Under the pieces are notes generated by a model. That model was not told the DNA's origin. It saw only the letters and a list, made by a program, of their open reading frames with translations, and made no database searches. This document shows, piece by piece, positions 46,001 to 57,500 of a stretch of DNA of 64,000 bases. A program made the position numbers and the translations under genes. Position 1 is the stretch's first letter. Each line of letters begins with the position of its first letter. Origin of the DNA: Cetorhinus maximus (lineage: Eukaryota); the NCBI RefSeq assembly GCF_964194155.1, contig NC_135903.1, positions 2,976,001 through 3,040,000 on the forward strand, in the 5' to 3' direction.

Positions 46001-49000
46001 CCTGCTCACTTCGTTGTAAGCTTCTCTTAGCTAGACAGCAGTGTTGCTGTTTGTTGGTCAATGTCTTGCCATTAGAGGTTGAGCGAGCATTCAAAGAAGT
46101 GAGCCCCCAGTGATCGAAAAAGGAAGAGATTAATTAAATGTCACATTCGTTTTTTCCCTCTCTCTCTGCAGGCCTGCCCAATGAACATACGGCCACATGT
46201 AGAAGGCAATCGATCAGTACAACAGATCTGGGAGGATTTTTCCTTGAGTTTCACACCGGCTGTCAAAGAAGTAGTCGAGTTTGCAAAACTTATTCCAGGT
46301 TTCAAGGACCTGTCCCAGCACGACCAGGTCATTCTACTGAAAGCTGGCACTTTTGAGGTAAGTCATGGGATTAAAGGCAAATGCAATTCATAATTGTGAA
46401 AAGTTCAATACCAGAAGTTAGGTTAATTCCAAAACCGGAGCAAAAGTTCATTTATAAACTTGGGATAACAAAAATTAATTAACTTAATCAACCTATTACA
46501 TGATTAAGTGTCTGTACTCTCGGGTGGAGTAAATTGAATAGCAGAAATTTAGCAGGGTCAGTTTTTGACTCCATTCAGCACTTGAGTTGGAATTTTAATT
46601 TAATCCGTTCTTTTGGGTAGAATGACTGTCCAAACCGCTGTGGGTTTGGAATCATTCTGAATCTGTGTTGCCGACACTTGTATCGGGCTTGCACAGTGTC
46701 AATGAGACGTTGGTATACTGTACGGCCAGGGCTTGGGTGCTGAATTGGATATCACTGGGGCCTGTGTTGCAACAGCTACAAAGAAGTGTTGCCATGGTAA
46801 CTCAGTCCATGTGTGGCCTGGTGCCCCAGCTTATTAAGTTGGGCCTATGTTCTCTGGAGTTTAGAAGAGTGAGAGGTGATGTTATTGAAACATGCAAGGT
46901 TCCGAAGGGGCTTGATAGGGTAGACACTGAGAGATTGTTGCTGCTGGTTGTGGAATCTAGAACACGGGGGCACAGTCTCAGAATAAGATTTAGGATTGAG
47001 ACGAGGAGAAGTTACTGCATTCAGAGTTGTGAATCTTTGGAATTCTCTAATGTGGATACTTCATCACTGAATACGTTTAAGGCTGAGATAGATTTTTGGT
47101 GTCTCAAGGAATCGAGGGATATGGGGAGCAGGTGGCAAAATGGAGTGAAGCCCAAGGTCAGCCATGATTGTATTGAATGGCGGAGCAGGCTCGATGGACC
47201 ATATGGTCTACTTCTGCTCCCATCTCTTGTGTTAATACACAGGCTGCAGGGCACAGGACCCTGACCACCAGTCCTCACTTGGTGAGTTTCCAGGAAGCAG
47301 CCAAGGAAGATTCCCATGGGGAAGGAGAGTAAAGGAGTGAGTGAAAACCTGAGTGTTGCCTCCTACCCACATTCATCAATGGGAAACAATGGATGTTGAG
47401 ACATAAGAGATTGACGACAAAATAGTTAAAGCAAGGAACAAAATAAATGTTAACTAAGAACACATTTTGATGTAAATGAGTCAGAAGCAATTTCTCATAC
47501 ACAAAATAACTTGCTGACATGCTGAATCATCGAGAAGACAAATTGTGTTTTTTCACCAAGAGCAGTGTATATTTGTATATTTGCAGTGCACATCTCCTGC
47601 AGGAAAACCCCACTTCTGAAAAGCATTTATGTATGACCACTTTGACCTGTTTGTTTGGCAGGTCCTGATGGTGAGGTTTGCATCGCTGTTCAACATGAAG
47701 GAGCAGACTGTCACTTTTATCAGTGGAACCACGTACTCCATTGAAGAGCTGCGGGGCATGAGGATGGGAGACCTGCTCAACTCCATGTTCGACTTCAGTG
47801 AGAAACTGAGCTCCTTGCACCTCAGTGAGGAAGAGTTGGGTCTGTTCACCGCTGTTGTCCTTGTGTCTGCAGGTAAGGATTGGGGCCAGGCACACGAGGG
47901 GCGGGTTGAGGTTCTCGTTCCAAGGACGAAAGTAGCCAATCGTGAATCTTGGCTGATTTTGTGCCACTTGTAGCATGGGCCCTGAAGTCAATTATAATGG
48001 CTCCCCTGGTGCCCCAGCTGAGATCTATGCAGACTAAATGTTAAATATTGTACACCGTGGGTGTGCTTAACCCCCTTGGGCCTGCAGACAAGCCCTGTAC
48101 TGATGTTTTGCCACCTAGTTCCGTGCCAGCAGTAACTTTGCCAGTATGTCTGGGAACAACAACTTGATGGGGAAATTCCCTGATGTCTGGTGTACAGCTG
48201 AACCCATAAAATGTAGAAAACATGACTGTTGTTGGCAGGTTTAACACTCCATAACTTGCTCACTTTGCCACGAAGATCAGCAGCCCCATGTTCCTGTCAG
48301 CTAGTCCTAACACAGAGCATATTGACTAATTACCAGAATTTATTGACCCATTGGGCTGCATTCTCCTGAGCCCCTCCTCCCACTCTCCCTCAGCACCCCC
48401 CTCCCCCCAACAAGGTGGGGTGGGGAAACAAAAATGAGGCCCCAGTTTCACAGGGGCAACCAGTTAATTGATGTGGAGCTCGGTTTGGTGGTTAATTAAT
48501 GGCTGCGGAGATGGGAATGGAGGTGGGTCAACTAGAGCGCAGGCCTAATTTAAACTCAATACAGCAGCCATTGCTGTGGCTGTGGTTTGAATACTCGCCC
48601 TGCAGGGTGAGAGATTGCAGAGCACCTGATTTGAATAGTGCCTCAGCAACGCCAGAGGCCTGGCTGCCTGCCTTGAAGTCAGCTGGCAGCCCAGTTGTCC
48701 ATGGCGACCTTGCCCCTTGATCTTCTGGCCCCGCCATGCCAGGAGGGTGGTGGCTTCCCCCTGCATTGCCCGATTCCTTCCTGACTACTCCCCTTGCCAC
48801 CTCCACCAGGCCAAGGGCACTTTTTTTTTGGCAATGGCGGAGACCCTCTCTGTACCGTTCACCCTTCCATGGGCCTGTGGGGTGACCTTGACTGGCTCCC
48901 CGCTGTGTACCAGCCTCACACTCAACGCCACCCCCCCCCCCCCCCCCCAAACCCCCCAGGCTGGGTCTGCTCTGGGTTGCGTGTGAGCCTCTGCAACCCC

Positions 49001-49697
49001 ATGAAAATCTCAACACTCTCCTCAGCCACCTGAATTGATGCTGCTGCCATCTCTCTGCCCTGGTGAATCTGGCCAGTGCCGGGAGTGGTGTCGGAATACT
49101 GGTGGGACTTGAAAATTCATCTCAGTGGCCAGAATTTTCCAGCGGCTCACACTGGCGGGCGGAATCTTCCGGTCCCGCTGACGTGAACGGAGATTTCAAT
49201 GGCTCGCCGGCCTCACCGCGGGGGAACCCCCCACAGCGGAGGCTGGAACATTCCGGCCATTGTGTTATTTTTCTGAATGACCATGGGTTCTCGGGTGAGG
49301 ACAGGATTGGATTGCTGGGCTCCACTTCCTCACCCAGTCTCGGGAGGGGAAGGAGACTCTTTAAAAAAAAATAGAGTTTTCTGTCAGTTTGGGGGGTGCA
49401 GAGCGAACTCACCCCTTCACCAATCGTTTTTCAAACCGACGGCTTTAAAATGCTGTTTGCTTCGACTTTACCACCCCCCCGATTCTCTTTCTGCTTTCAG
49501 ATCGTTCCGGAATCGAGAACGTCAACTCGGTAGAGCAGCTCCAAGAGACACTAATCCGGGTCCTGAGAGCGCTGATTATGAAGAATTATCCCAACGAGGC
49601 CTCTCGCTTCACCAAACTGCTCTTGAAACTGCCAGACCTCCGCACTTTGAACAACATGCACTCAGAAAAGCTGCTGGCCTTCCGGATAGACCCCTGA
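34025..49697 (+). CDS. NR1D1: Nuclear receptor Rev-erb-alpha, 594 aa: join(34025-34043,40394-40672,42145-42233,43492-43636,44040-44698,46172-46357,47662-47872,49501-49697)
   Basis: 1785-nt spliced ORF: [15 protein letters not shown]4 zinc fingers with CEGCKG P-box, [11 protein letters not shown], heme-ligand motifs ACPMN and NNMHSEK, no AF-2 helix; adjacent to MSL1. Confidence 0.95.
34766..34776 (+). promoter_or_regulatory. RORE (Rev-erb/ROR element) in NR1D1 intron 1
   Basis: AAAGTAGGTCA, perfect WAWNTRGGTCA match in apparently non-repetitive sequence. Confidence 0.55.
36370..36600. promoter_or_regulatory. E-box cluster (candidate CLOCK:BMAL1 module) in CpG-rich intron 1
   Basis: CACGTG at 36401, 36516, 36573 plus CACGCG 36555 and CACGTA 36378. 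Confidence 0.65.
37452..37702 (+). mobile_element. CR1 family B 3' end
   Basis: TTTTCACCCAGAGGGTGGTTGGAATCTGGAAC...GGGCCAAAGGGCCTGTTTCTGTGCTG followed by (ACTCTATG)n. Confidence 0.85.
38198..38535 (-). mobile_element. SINE family A
   Basis: Colinear with 815-1160. Confidence 0.8.
38560..39085 (-). mobile_element. L2-type LINE 3' fragment
   Basis: Colinear with 23221-23780. Confidence 0.75.
39395..39560. mobile_element. Decayed Penelope-derived terminal repeat
   Basis: GGTCTGAAACGTTAA...GATTTCCAGTATCTGCAGTAT. Confidence 0.5.
40394..40672 (+). CDS. NR1D1: NR1D1 exon 2 (A/B domain)
   Basis: cag|GTGGAGTG...ACCA|gtaagt; GVITYIG...[12 protein letters not shown]...PPSPNSS. Confidence 0.93.
42145..42233 (+). 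CDS. NR1D1: NR1D1 exon 3 (zinc finger 1)
   Basis: tag|AAATCAGT...AAG|gtaagt; [24 protein letters not shown]. Confidence 0.97.
42596..43050 (-). mobile_element. L2-type LINE 3' fragment
   Basis: Reverse-complement tail AACTTGTATTTATATAGCACCTTT; colinear with 23221-23650. Confidence 0.8.
43058..43260 (-). mobile_element. SINE family A, internally deleted
   Basis: TTTTTGCATGGGATGT...CCAGATTTATTAATTGAATTC...GAACCCATG. Confidence 0.7.
43492..43636 (+). CDS. NR1D1: NR1D1 exon 4 (zinc finger 2)
   Basis: cag|GGCTTC...GATG|gtgagt; [22 protein letters not shown]...GMSRD. Confidence 0.97.
44040..44698 (+). CDS. NR1D1: NR1D1 exon 5 (CTE/hinge)
   Basis: tag|CGGTGCGT...CTG|gtatga; [24 protein letters not shown]...[14 protein letters not shown]. 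Confidence 0.95.
46172..46357 (+). CDS. NR1D1: NR1D1 exon 6 (LBD)
   Basis: cag|GCCTGC...GAG|gtaagt; ACPMN...[21 protein letters not shown]...LLKAGTFE. Confidence 0.96.
46830..47232 (+). mobile_element. CR1 family B 3' fragment
   Basis: [20 protein letters not shown]...[10 protein letters not shown]; family B tail. Confidence 0.85.
47662..47872 (+). CDS. NR1D1: NR1D1 exon 7 (LBD)
   Basis: cag|GTCCTG...GCAG|gtaagg; [10 protein letters not shown]...MFDFSEKL...[10 protein letters not shown]. Confidence 0.96.
48353..49123. mobile_element. Decayed Harbinger-type non-autonomous element
   Basis: Imperfect TIRs GGGCTGCATTCTC / GAAAATTCATCTC; flanks ATT and AGT. Confidence 0.5.
49127..49258. mobile_element. 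132-bp Harbinger-type MITE
   Basis: TIRs GGCCAGAATTTTCCAGC / GCTGGAACATTCCGGCC; CpG-rich; flanks AGT and ATT. Confidence 0.7.
49501..49697 (+). CDS. NR1D1: NR1D1 exon 8 (end of LBD)
   Basis: cag|ATCGTTCC...CCCTGA; [18 protein letters not shown]...[29 protein letters not shown]. Confidence 0.97.
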
Positions 49698-50806
49698 GTT
49701 TTCCCGTCAAACCCATAGCCACATCAGACTTATCTCCGTTACATTTTTAAAGCATTTTTTTAATTTATATTTCAATGAACGTTCGGGTGACACGTTGCAG
49801 AGCATCTTGTAAATACATGTATATTTCAGCTGTCAAGGGAGTGTAATATATTCTTATAAGGAATGTTCTACAAATCAATATATTTAAAATGTCCTTTGGG
49901 ACCTAGGATATGTCTGCATACCTGAGCTTGATGGTAGAACTAGCTGTGAGGTTATCTGCTTGCTGATTTGGAGTAATGTATAAAATGCAATTGAAGATCT
50001 GTGCACCCTGAACAGTGAGTAGGCAATGATCTGCAATACCCTCTGATCTGTTGCCTCTCCCCCATGCCCCCCTTGATTAATTACCAGTCTACATTTCAGT
50101 GTCAGAATCCACAGCAAATCCCAGCATTGTACTCTCATTGAACATGACCATCGTGTTACCAGTCTAACCAGAGTGACACCATTCTTGAAGCTTCAGCCTG
50201 ACCAAGGTAGAAGGCAAAAGACCAAGGGTGACTTGCAGCCAATTTTAGCTTCAGCACCAAAGGAAAGCAGCTGAAGCCCATCTCACCAGCTCCATTTTTA
50301 TTTGTTAAACAGAAATAACGTTTCATCTTCTGACTCTTCATAGCATAGCCTGAAGTCTCAAACTGCTCCAGACATTTCACAGGAAACAATGAGATGATCA
50401 GACTCGAGTCACCATGTCTCTTGAAGCTTGCGTTCAAACGACAGGAGTTGTTTGTGAGGAAGTTGCTGCATGTTTGTGGTTTACTTATATTTAAGGTCTC
50501 TACTGAAGATTCAACAGATCAGCTGTCTAAACCCCCCCCACCCCACCCCGTGAGCTAACAAGACGAGAAGACCCCAGACTCCACCCTGTGTCAGTTGGTG
50601 CAGTGGCAGCGACGCTTACAACTGGCCTCAGTATCCTGGGCTTGGGAGGTGGGAGCGGGATGTTCTCTACTGACTCCCACACAGAGAAAGGACACTGAGA
50701 GTGAAACACTGAAGGGGCTTCTGGTGTCCATGGAATTATCTCTCAGCAGCTTTAGGGGAGGAGGTGCACGAAAGCTGAAATGTTGCAAATTTAAAACAAC
50801 AACAAC

Positions 50807-50940
50807 AATAAACCTGTGTGGCCGTTGCAGGGCAGAACCTGCTCTCGATAAATAAATTTACTGCATCTGTCTCAATATAGTTCAATAATTGATGTGTATG
50901 TGAATCCAGATGAATTCATTAACAATTTCTAAAAATAAAA
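50807..50940 (+). terminator. Candidate NR1D1 polyadenylation signals
   Basis: AATAAA at 50807, 50851 and ~50934. Confidence 0.5.
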
Positions 50941-51174
50941 TAACGAATGCACTGAGTTAAATAACAAAATGAATCTCCGTGTCATTTGACAGAAATATCT
51001 GCGAGAGGATTTCGCAACTGCTGTTCAAGCTACTGTGAGCTTGGGTCGCTTGGGAGGACTGTAAAATTTCTGAGGGGAATTTGGGATCCCTTCACCTCTG
51101 TATTGGTTCTAACTGGGCAACCTAGGCGTAAGGTCAATGGCCAAAGTGCAGGGCAGCAACAAGATGGAAGAGAT

Positions 51175-52170
51175 TTTTCTTATTATTCATTTGTTCACAG
51201 GACATGGGCCTCGCTGGCTAGGCCAGCATTTATGCCCACCCCAAATTGCCTTTGAGAAGATGGTGGTGAGCTAACTGAGTGGTTTGCTAGGCCTTTTCGG
51301 AAGGCATTTAAGAATCAACCACATTGCTGTGGGTCTGGAGTCACAAGAAGGCCAGACTAGGTTTCCTTCCCTAAAGGGCATTAGTGAACCGGATGGGTTT
51401 TTTATGACAATCGATTCATGGGGCAGAATGTTTGGCTCGGCGAGCGGGGGCGTGTGTCCCGACTTCACCGCGCGACATTCAGATTTTCAGTTTGGCGGGT
51501 GCACATCTGAGTCGGCTGCGTACCCGCCGAACTGTCAAAGGCCCATTAAGGCCAGTTAACTATCAATTGAAAGAATTAACTGAGCTGCCTGTCCAACTTT
51601 AAGGTTGTTGGGCAGGCGAAGAGCCCAGGCGGCCTTCGCGTTTATCATCAAACCTCATCCACGGGCGGGATGAGGTCTCATGAAGGTTTTTAAAGTCTTG
51701 TAAAAATTTTTAATAAAATTAATAGACATGTCCCAGCTCATGTGACAGTTTCACATGAGGGGACATGTCTTAAAAATCTTTTTTCCTTTAATAATTTCTT
51801 TTGAGTTTAAAACTAATCTCCCTGAGGCAGCTCTGCGCCTCAGGGAGATTTCTGCATTATTTTGCACGCATGTGTGAAAGAGTGCAGACCCCGACTCAGA
51901 CAACCCCACCCCTGGCCTGCACGGGGTGCGCTCAGTGCATCTGGGTGCGCATCACGCTGGGCGGGCCTTAATTGGCCCACCCACATAAAATGGTGACGCC
52001 CAGCCAATTGCAGGCGGTGAAAATTCTCCCCATTGTTCTGACTACTTTTAATTCCAGATTTTTATTTCACCATCTGTCCTGGTGGATTCAAACCAGAGAC
52101 TCCTCAAAACATTGCCCTGGGTGTCTTGATTACTAGCTCAGCAGCAATGCCACTACACCAACACCTCCCC
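51175..52170 (-). mobile_element. SINE family A split by a MITE
   Basis: Halves 51175-51420 and 52032-52170 are colinear with 815-1160. Confidence 0.8.
51421..52031. mobile_element. Harbinger-type MITE (~610 bp)
   Basis: TIRs GGGCAGAATGTT / AAAATTCTCCCC, 3-bp flanks ATG/ATT, central palindrome 51724-51770. Confidence 0.75.
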
Positions 52171-52499
52171 ACAATAAGTGATTGGGAGGGAAAACCAGGT
52201 TGTATAAAAAGGAAGTGGCTCTGGAACATCAGGGAAGGTGCAAGGATCCTATAAGGGGAGCTGAAGGCAGCGAAAGATCCACAGTTTTGAGACCTGGGGA
52301 AGAATGAGTTAAGAGTAAGAGACAACGTATTGAGCCACAAATAGTTCTTATTGCGCCAGTACCCCAGGGTTCCTGCAATGTGGTTATTATGTATAAGACT
52401 GTTAGGCCTTGTAAAGATGTCTAAAAATAGGTCTTCCCAGCAGCTAGTCTTAGTGAGTCCTTGTTGTTTTATATTTAGCATAAGCCAGCTGCACAGGGG

Positions 52500-52940
52500 A
52501 AGAACTTGCATTTATAAAGTGGTTTTCATAGCCTCAGGGCTTCCCAAAGCAGTTTGCAGCCAATAAATGCCTTACAGCAGTGACTATGTTTTTAATTTAA
52601 AAAATGTAGGGAACACGGCAGCCATTTTGTGCACAGCAAAGTCCCCCTGCAAAGAGCGGTTCAATAAGTGGCCAGATCATCAGTTTTACTGATGTTAGCT
52701 GAGGGACAAGTAATGGCTAGGGCACCATCCTTGCTCTTCCTAAAGTAGTGCCGTAGGATTTTCATATCTGCGTGAAACCTCAGTTTAACCTTTCATTTGA
52801 CAGGTGGCATCTCTTGACAGTGCAGCACTCCATCAGCACCACACCATGCAGGCCTGAAGTATCCGCTCTAATCTCTGGAGTGAGGCTTGAATGCAAAACC
52901 TTCTGATTCCGAGATGACAGTGCTCTCCACTAAGCCACTC
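52500..52940 (-). mobile_element. Deu-domain-type SINE
   Basis: Reverse complement colinear with 32200-32700; tail TATAAATGCAAGT shared with L2 tails. Confidence 0.7.
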
Positions 52941-53883
52941 AAAAACGAAGCCTGATGCATAGAAGACCTTTACTTGCGGAATTCAGGGACGCTAACTCAG
53001 GTATTGGGTAATATAATGGCACCTTTAACAACACCTTGGGGGGTGGGGAGCAGGAGATAGTAGAAGAGAGTATAGCTTAGCATATTGGGAGCTTAGAACA
53101 CGAGATAGGAGTAGGAGCAGGCCATGTGGCCCCTTGAGCCTGCTCTGCCGTTCAATACGATCATGGCTGATCTTGAGCTTCAATCCCACTTTCCCGCCCA
53201 CTCCCCATATCCTTGATTCCCTGAGAGACCAAAAATCTGCCTATCCCAGCCTTAAATATATTCAGCAATGCTGTCGAATAGAGGATTCCAAAGATTTAGA
53301 ACCCTCTGAATGAAGAAATTTCTCCTCATCTCAGTCATAAGTGATTGTCCCCTTATCATGTGACTGTTCCCTGTGTTTTAGATTCCCCAGTCAATGGAAA
53401 CAACCACTCAGTGTCCACCCTGTCAATTCCCCAGAAACTATATGTTTCAAGGAGATCATCTCACATTCTTCTAAACTCCAAAGAGCACCGGCCCAATACT
53501 CAGACTCTCATCATGCGACAACCCTCTCATCCCAGGGACCAATTTATTGCACTGACATAACACTGCCTCCAGTGCAAGTATATCCTTCTTTAAATATGGA
53601 GAGCAAAACTGCACGCAGTATTTTAGGTGTGGTTTCAACAAAGCCCTGTACAATTGCAGCAAGACTCCTTTATTCATGTGCTCCAAGCTGCTTGTGATAA
53701 TGGCCATCATGCCATTTGCCTTCCTAATTGTTTGCAGTCCCTGTACGTTAACTTTGAGTTCCTTGTACAAGCACACACAAGTCTCACTGAATGCCAACAT
53801 TTTACAAGTTTCGCACCTTTTAAAAAATATTCTGCTTTTCTATTCTTACTGCCAAATAACCTCACACTTCTCCCCATATTATA

Positions 53884-54228
53884 CAGATTGGATACCCAAA
53901 ATCCAGCTGTCTGAAAACCAGACATTTTGAAAACATTCCATTTGACATTCAGTTAAAGTAAATTCAGACTTATTGTCCAAATACTGGGACAATTTGGCTT
54001 GGCACTAGTCCTCAGTGGTGCACTGGAGTCGTTATGGGCTTCACTGCGTTGTTGACTTTGGCACGCTGGTCTAGTTCCCACACTTCGAGTTGACCCAAAC
54101 AGCCCCTGACCTCAGCCAACCCCATTAAATTTGGCCTTGGATAGGCTTCCTGATTTTACTGTCCAAAACCCAGGAAAATCCAGCACAGTCTCAGTTCTGA
54201 GGACATCAGATTTTGGGTGTCAAACCTG
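53884..54228. mobile_element. pogo/Tigger-like MITE
   Basis: TIRs CAGATTGGATACCCAAAATC / GATTTTGGGTGTCAAACCTG with TA (left) and TG (right) flanks; interrupts the CR1. Confidence 0.6.
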
Positions 54229-54344
54229 TGCTCCATCTATCATCTTGTTGTCCACTCAATGAACCAGTCTATATCACTCTGTGCCCTCCTCACAACTTAC
54301 ACTGCCAACCAAATTTGTATTCTCAGCAAACTTAGAAACATTAA

Positions 54345-54460
54345 TCTGAAGAAGAGTCGTACGGACTCAAAATGTTAACTCTGTTCACAGATGCTGTCAG
54401 GCCTGATGAGCTTTTCTGTTTTTATTTCAGATTTCCAGCATCCGCAGTATTTTGCTTTTA
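54345..54460 (+). mobile_element. Penelope-derived short insert beginning at a hammerhead core
   Basis: CTGAAGA-A-GAGTC-GTACG-GACTC-AAAA-TGTTAAC; flanked by TTAGAAACATTA / TTAGATACGTTA. Confidence 0.75.
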
Positions 54461-54574
54461 TATTAGATACGTTACTCTCTGTCTCTTTGTCTAAATCACT
54501 AATATAGATTGTAAATAGCTGAGCCCCAGCACTGATCCTTGAAGCACTCCACCAGTTACAACCTGTAAACTGCC

Positions 54575-57500
54575 AGCTGGTGTGACCACCAGGCAGGGTA
54601 AGAGGACTAGGCAGGCAGTGCAGGAATCTCCTGTGGCTATTCCCCTGCAAAACAGATATACCACTTTGGATACTGTTGGGGGGAATGGCCTCTCAGGGGA
54701 AAGCAGGAACAGCCAAATGTGTTGCACCGCGGTTGGCTCTGCTGCACAGGGGAGGAGTAAAAAGTGTGGGAATGCAATAGTTATAGGGGATTCAATTGTA
54801 AGGGGAATAGACAGGCGTTTCTGTGGCCACAAACGAGACTCCAGGATGGTATGTTGCCTCCCTGGTGCTAGGGTCAAGGATGTCTCAGAGCGGCTACAGG
54901 ACATTCTGAAGGGGGAGGGTGAACAGCCAGTGGTCGTGGTGCACATTGGTACAAACGACACAGGTAAAAAATAGGGATGAGGTCCTAAAAGCAGAATATA
55001 GGGAGTTAGGAAGTAAGTTGAAAAGTAGGACCTCAAAGGTAGTGATCTCAGGATTACTACCAGTACCACGTGCTAGTCAGAGTAGAAATAGCAGGGTATA
55101 TCAGATGAATACGTGGCTGAAGAGACAGTAAGAGGGGGAGGGTTTCAGATTCCTGGGACATTGGGACCAGTTCTGGGGGAGGTGGGACCAGTACAAACTG
55201 GACGGGTTACACCTGGGCAGGACCAGGACTGATGTCCTACGGGGAATATTTGCTAGAGTGATTGGGGAGGGTTTAAACTAAAATGGCAGGAGGATGGGAA
55301 CCTATGCAAGGAGTCAGAGGAGGGGGAATCAAGGACAAGAACAAAAGCCAGAAAGGGGAATAAGAAAAGTGATAGGCAGAGAAATCAAGGGCAAGAATCA
55401 AACAGGGCCTCAGTGAAAAATAGTGGGAATGGGACAAGTAATGTTAGAAACACAAGCCTTAAGGCTTTGTGCCTTAACACGAGGAGCATTCGCAATAAGG
55501 TGGATGAATTAACTACACAAATAGATGTAAACAGGTATGATATAGTTGGGATTGTGATTATGGAGACATGGCTGCAGGGTGACCAGGGATGGGAACTGAA
55601 CATCCAGGGTTATTCAGTATTTAGGAAGGACAGACAAAAAGGAAAAGGCAGTGGAGTTGCATTGCTGGTTAAAGAGGAAATTAATGCAATATTGAGGAAA
55701 GATATTAGCTCCAACGATGTGGAATCTGTATGGGTAGAGCTGAGAAACACTAAGGGGCAAAAAACGTTAGTGGGGTTATATATAGACCCCCAAACTGTAG
55801 TGGTGATGTTGGGAATGGCATTAAACAGGAAACTAGAGACGCATGCAATAAGGGAACATCTGTAATTATGGGTGACTTTAATCTGCATATAGATTGGGCA
55901 AATCAAATTAGTAACAATCCCATAGAGGAGGAATTCCTGGAGTGTAGACGGGATGGCTTTCTGGACCAATACTGGAGGAACCAACTAGAGAACAGGCCAT
56001 CCTTGACTGGGTATTGTGTAATGAGAAAGGAATAATTGGCAAACTAGTTGTGCGAGGCCCCTTGGGGATGAGTGACCATAATATGATAGAATTCTTCATC
56101 AAGATAGAGAGTGACTTAGTTGACTCTGAGACTAGGGTCCTGAATCTTAATAAAGGAAACTACGATGGTATGATGTGTGAGTTGACTATGATGGATTGGG
56201 AAACGTTACTCAAAGGAATGAGAGTGAATAGGCAATGGCAAACATTCAAAGAGCACATGGGTGAACTGCAACAATTGTTTATTCCTGTCTGGCGCAAAAG
56301 TAAAATAGGAAAGGTGGCCAAACCATGGCTTACAAGGGAAATTAGAGATAGTATTAGATCCAAGGAAGAGGCATACAAATTGGCCAGAAGAAACAACAGA
56401 CCTGGGGATTGGGAACAGTTTAGAATTCAGCAAAGGAGGACCAAGGGATTGATTAAGAAAGAAATAATAGAGTACGACAGTAAGCTTGCAGGGAACATAA
56501 AAACTGACTGTAAAAGTTTCTATAGGTATGTGAAGAGAAAAAGATTGGTGAAGACAAATGTAGGTCCCTCACAGTCAGAAACAAGGGAATTTATAATGGG
56601 GAACAAAGAAATGGCTGACCAACTAAATACATACTTTGGTTCTGTCTTCACAAAGGAGGACACAAATAACATACCAGAAATGTTAGGGAACATAGGGTTT
56701 AGTATTATCAGGGAAATGGTGTTGGGGAAATTGATGGGATTGCTGATAAATCCCCAGGGCCTGATAATCTACATCCCAGAGTACTTAAGAAGTGGCTCTA
56801 GAAATAGTGGATGCATTGGTAGTCATCTTCCGAGATTCTATAAACTCTGGAACAGTTCCTACAGATTGGAGGATAGCTAATGTAACCCCACTATTTAAAA
56901 AGGTAAGTAGAGAGAAAACAGGGAATTTTGGACCAATCAGCCTTATGCCGCTAGTGGGGAAAATTCTACAGTCCATTATAAAAGATTTAATAGCTGAGCA
57001 CTTGGAAAACAGTGGCAGAATCGGACAGAGTCAGCATGGATTTACGAAAGGGAAATCATGCTTGAAAAAATCTACTGGAATTTTTCGAGGATGTAACTAG
57101 CAGAGTTGATGAGGGGGAACAAGTGGATGTGGTTTGTTTGGACTTTCAGAAGGCTTTCGACAATGTCCCACATAAGGGATTAGCGTGTAAAATTAAAGCG
57201 CGTGAGATTGGGGGTAGTGTATTGAGATGGATAGAAAACTGGCTGGCAGACAGGAAACAAAGAGTAGGAATAAACGGGTCTTTTTCTGAAGGGCAGGCAG
57301 TGACTAGCAGGCAGGGATCGGTGCTGGGACCCCAGCTATTCACAATATATATTAATGATTTAGATGAGGGAACTAAATGTAATATCTCCAAATTTGCAGA
57401 TGACACAAAGCTGGGTGGGAGGGTGAGCTGTGAGGAGGATGCAGAGATGCTTCAGTGTGATTTGGACAAGCTGAGTGAATGGGCAAATGCATGGCAGATG

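Larger units (their letters stand above)
53095..54570 (-). mobile_element. CR1 family B 3' fragment carrying two later inserts
   Basis: Minus ORFs VLLQLYRALLKPHLKYCVQF, GVLQGSVLG, QLFTIYISDLD. Confidence 0.88.

Noticed and set aside
34025-49697. Assignment to NR1D2 or NR1D4
   Set aside because: N-terminal [13 protein letters not shown] and LYSDNSN, C-terminal FRID and linkage to MSL1 favour NR1D1
49808-49815. Pumilio element TGTAAATA in the NR1D1 3' UTR
   Set aside because: A single 8-mer in AT-rich sequence is expected by chance without conservation data
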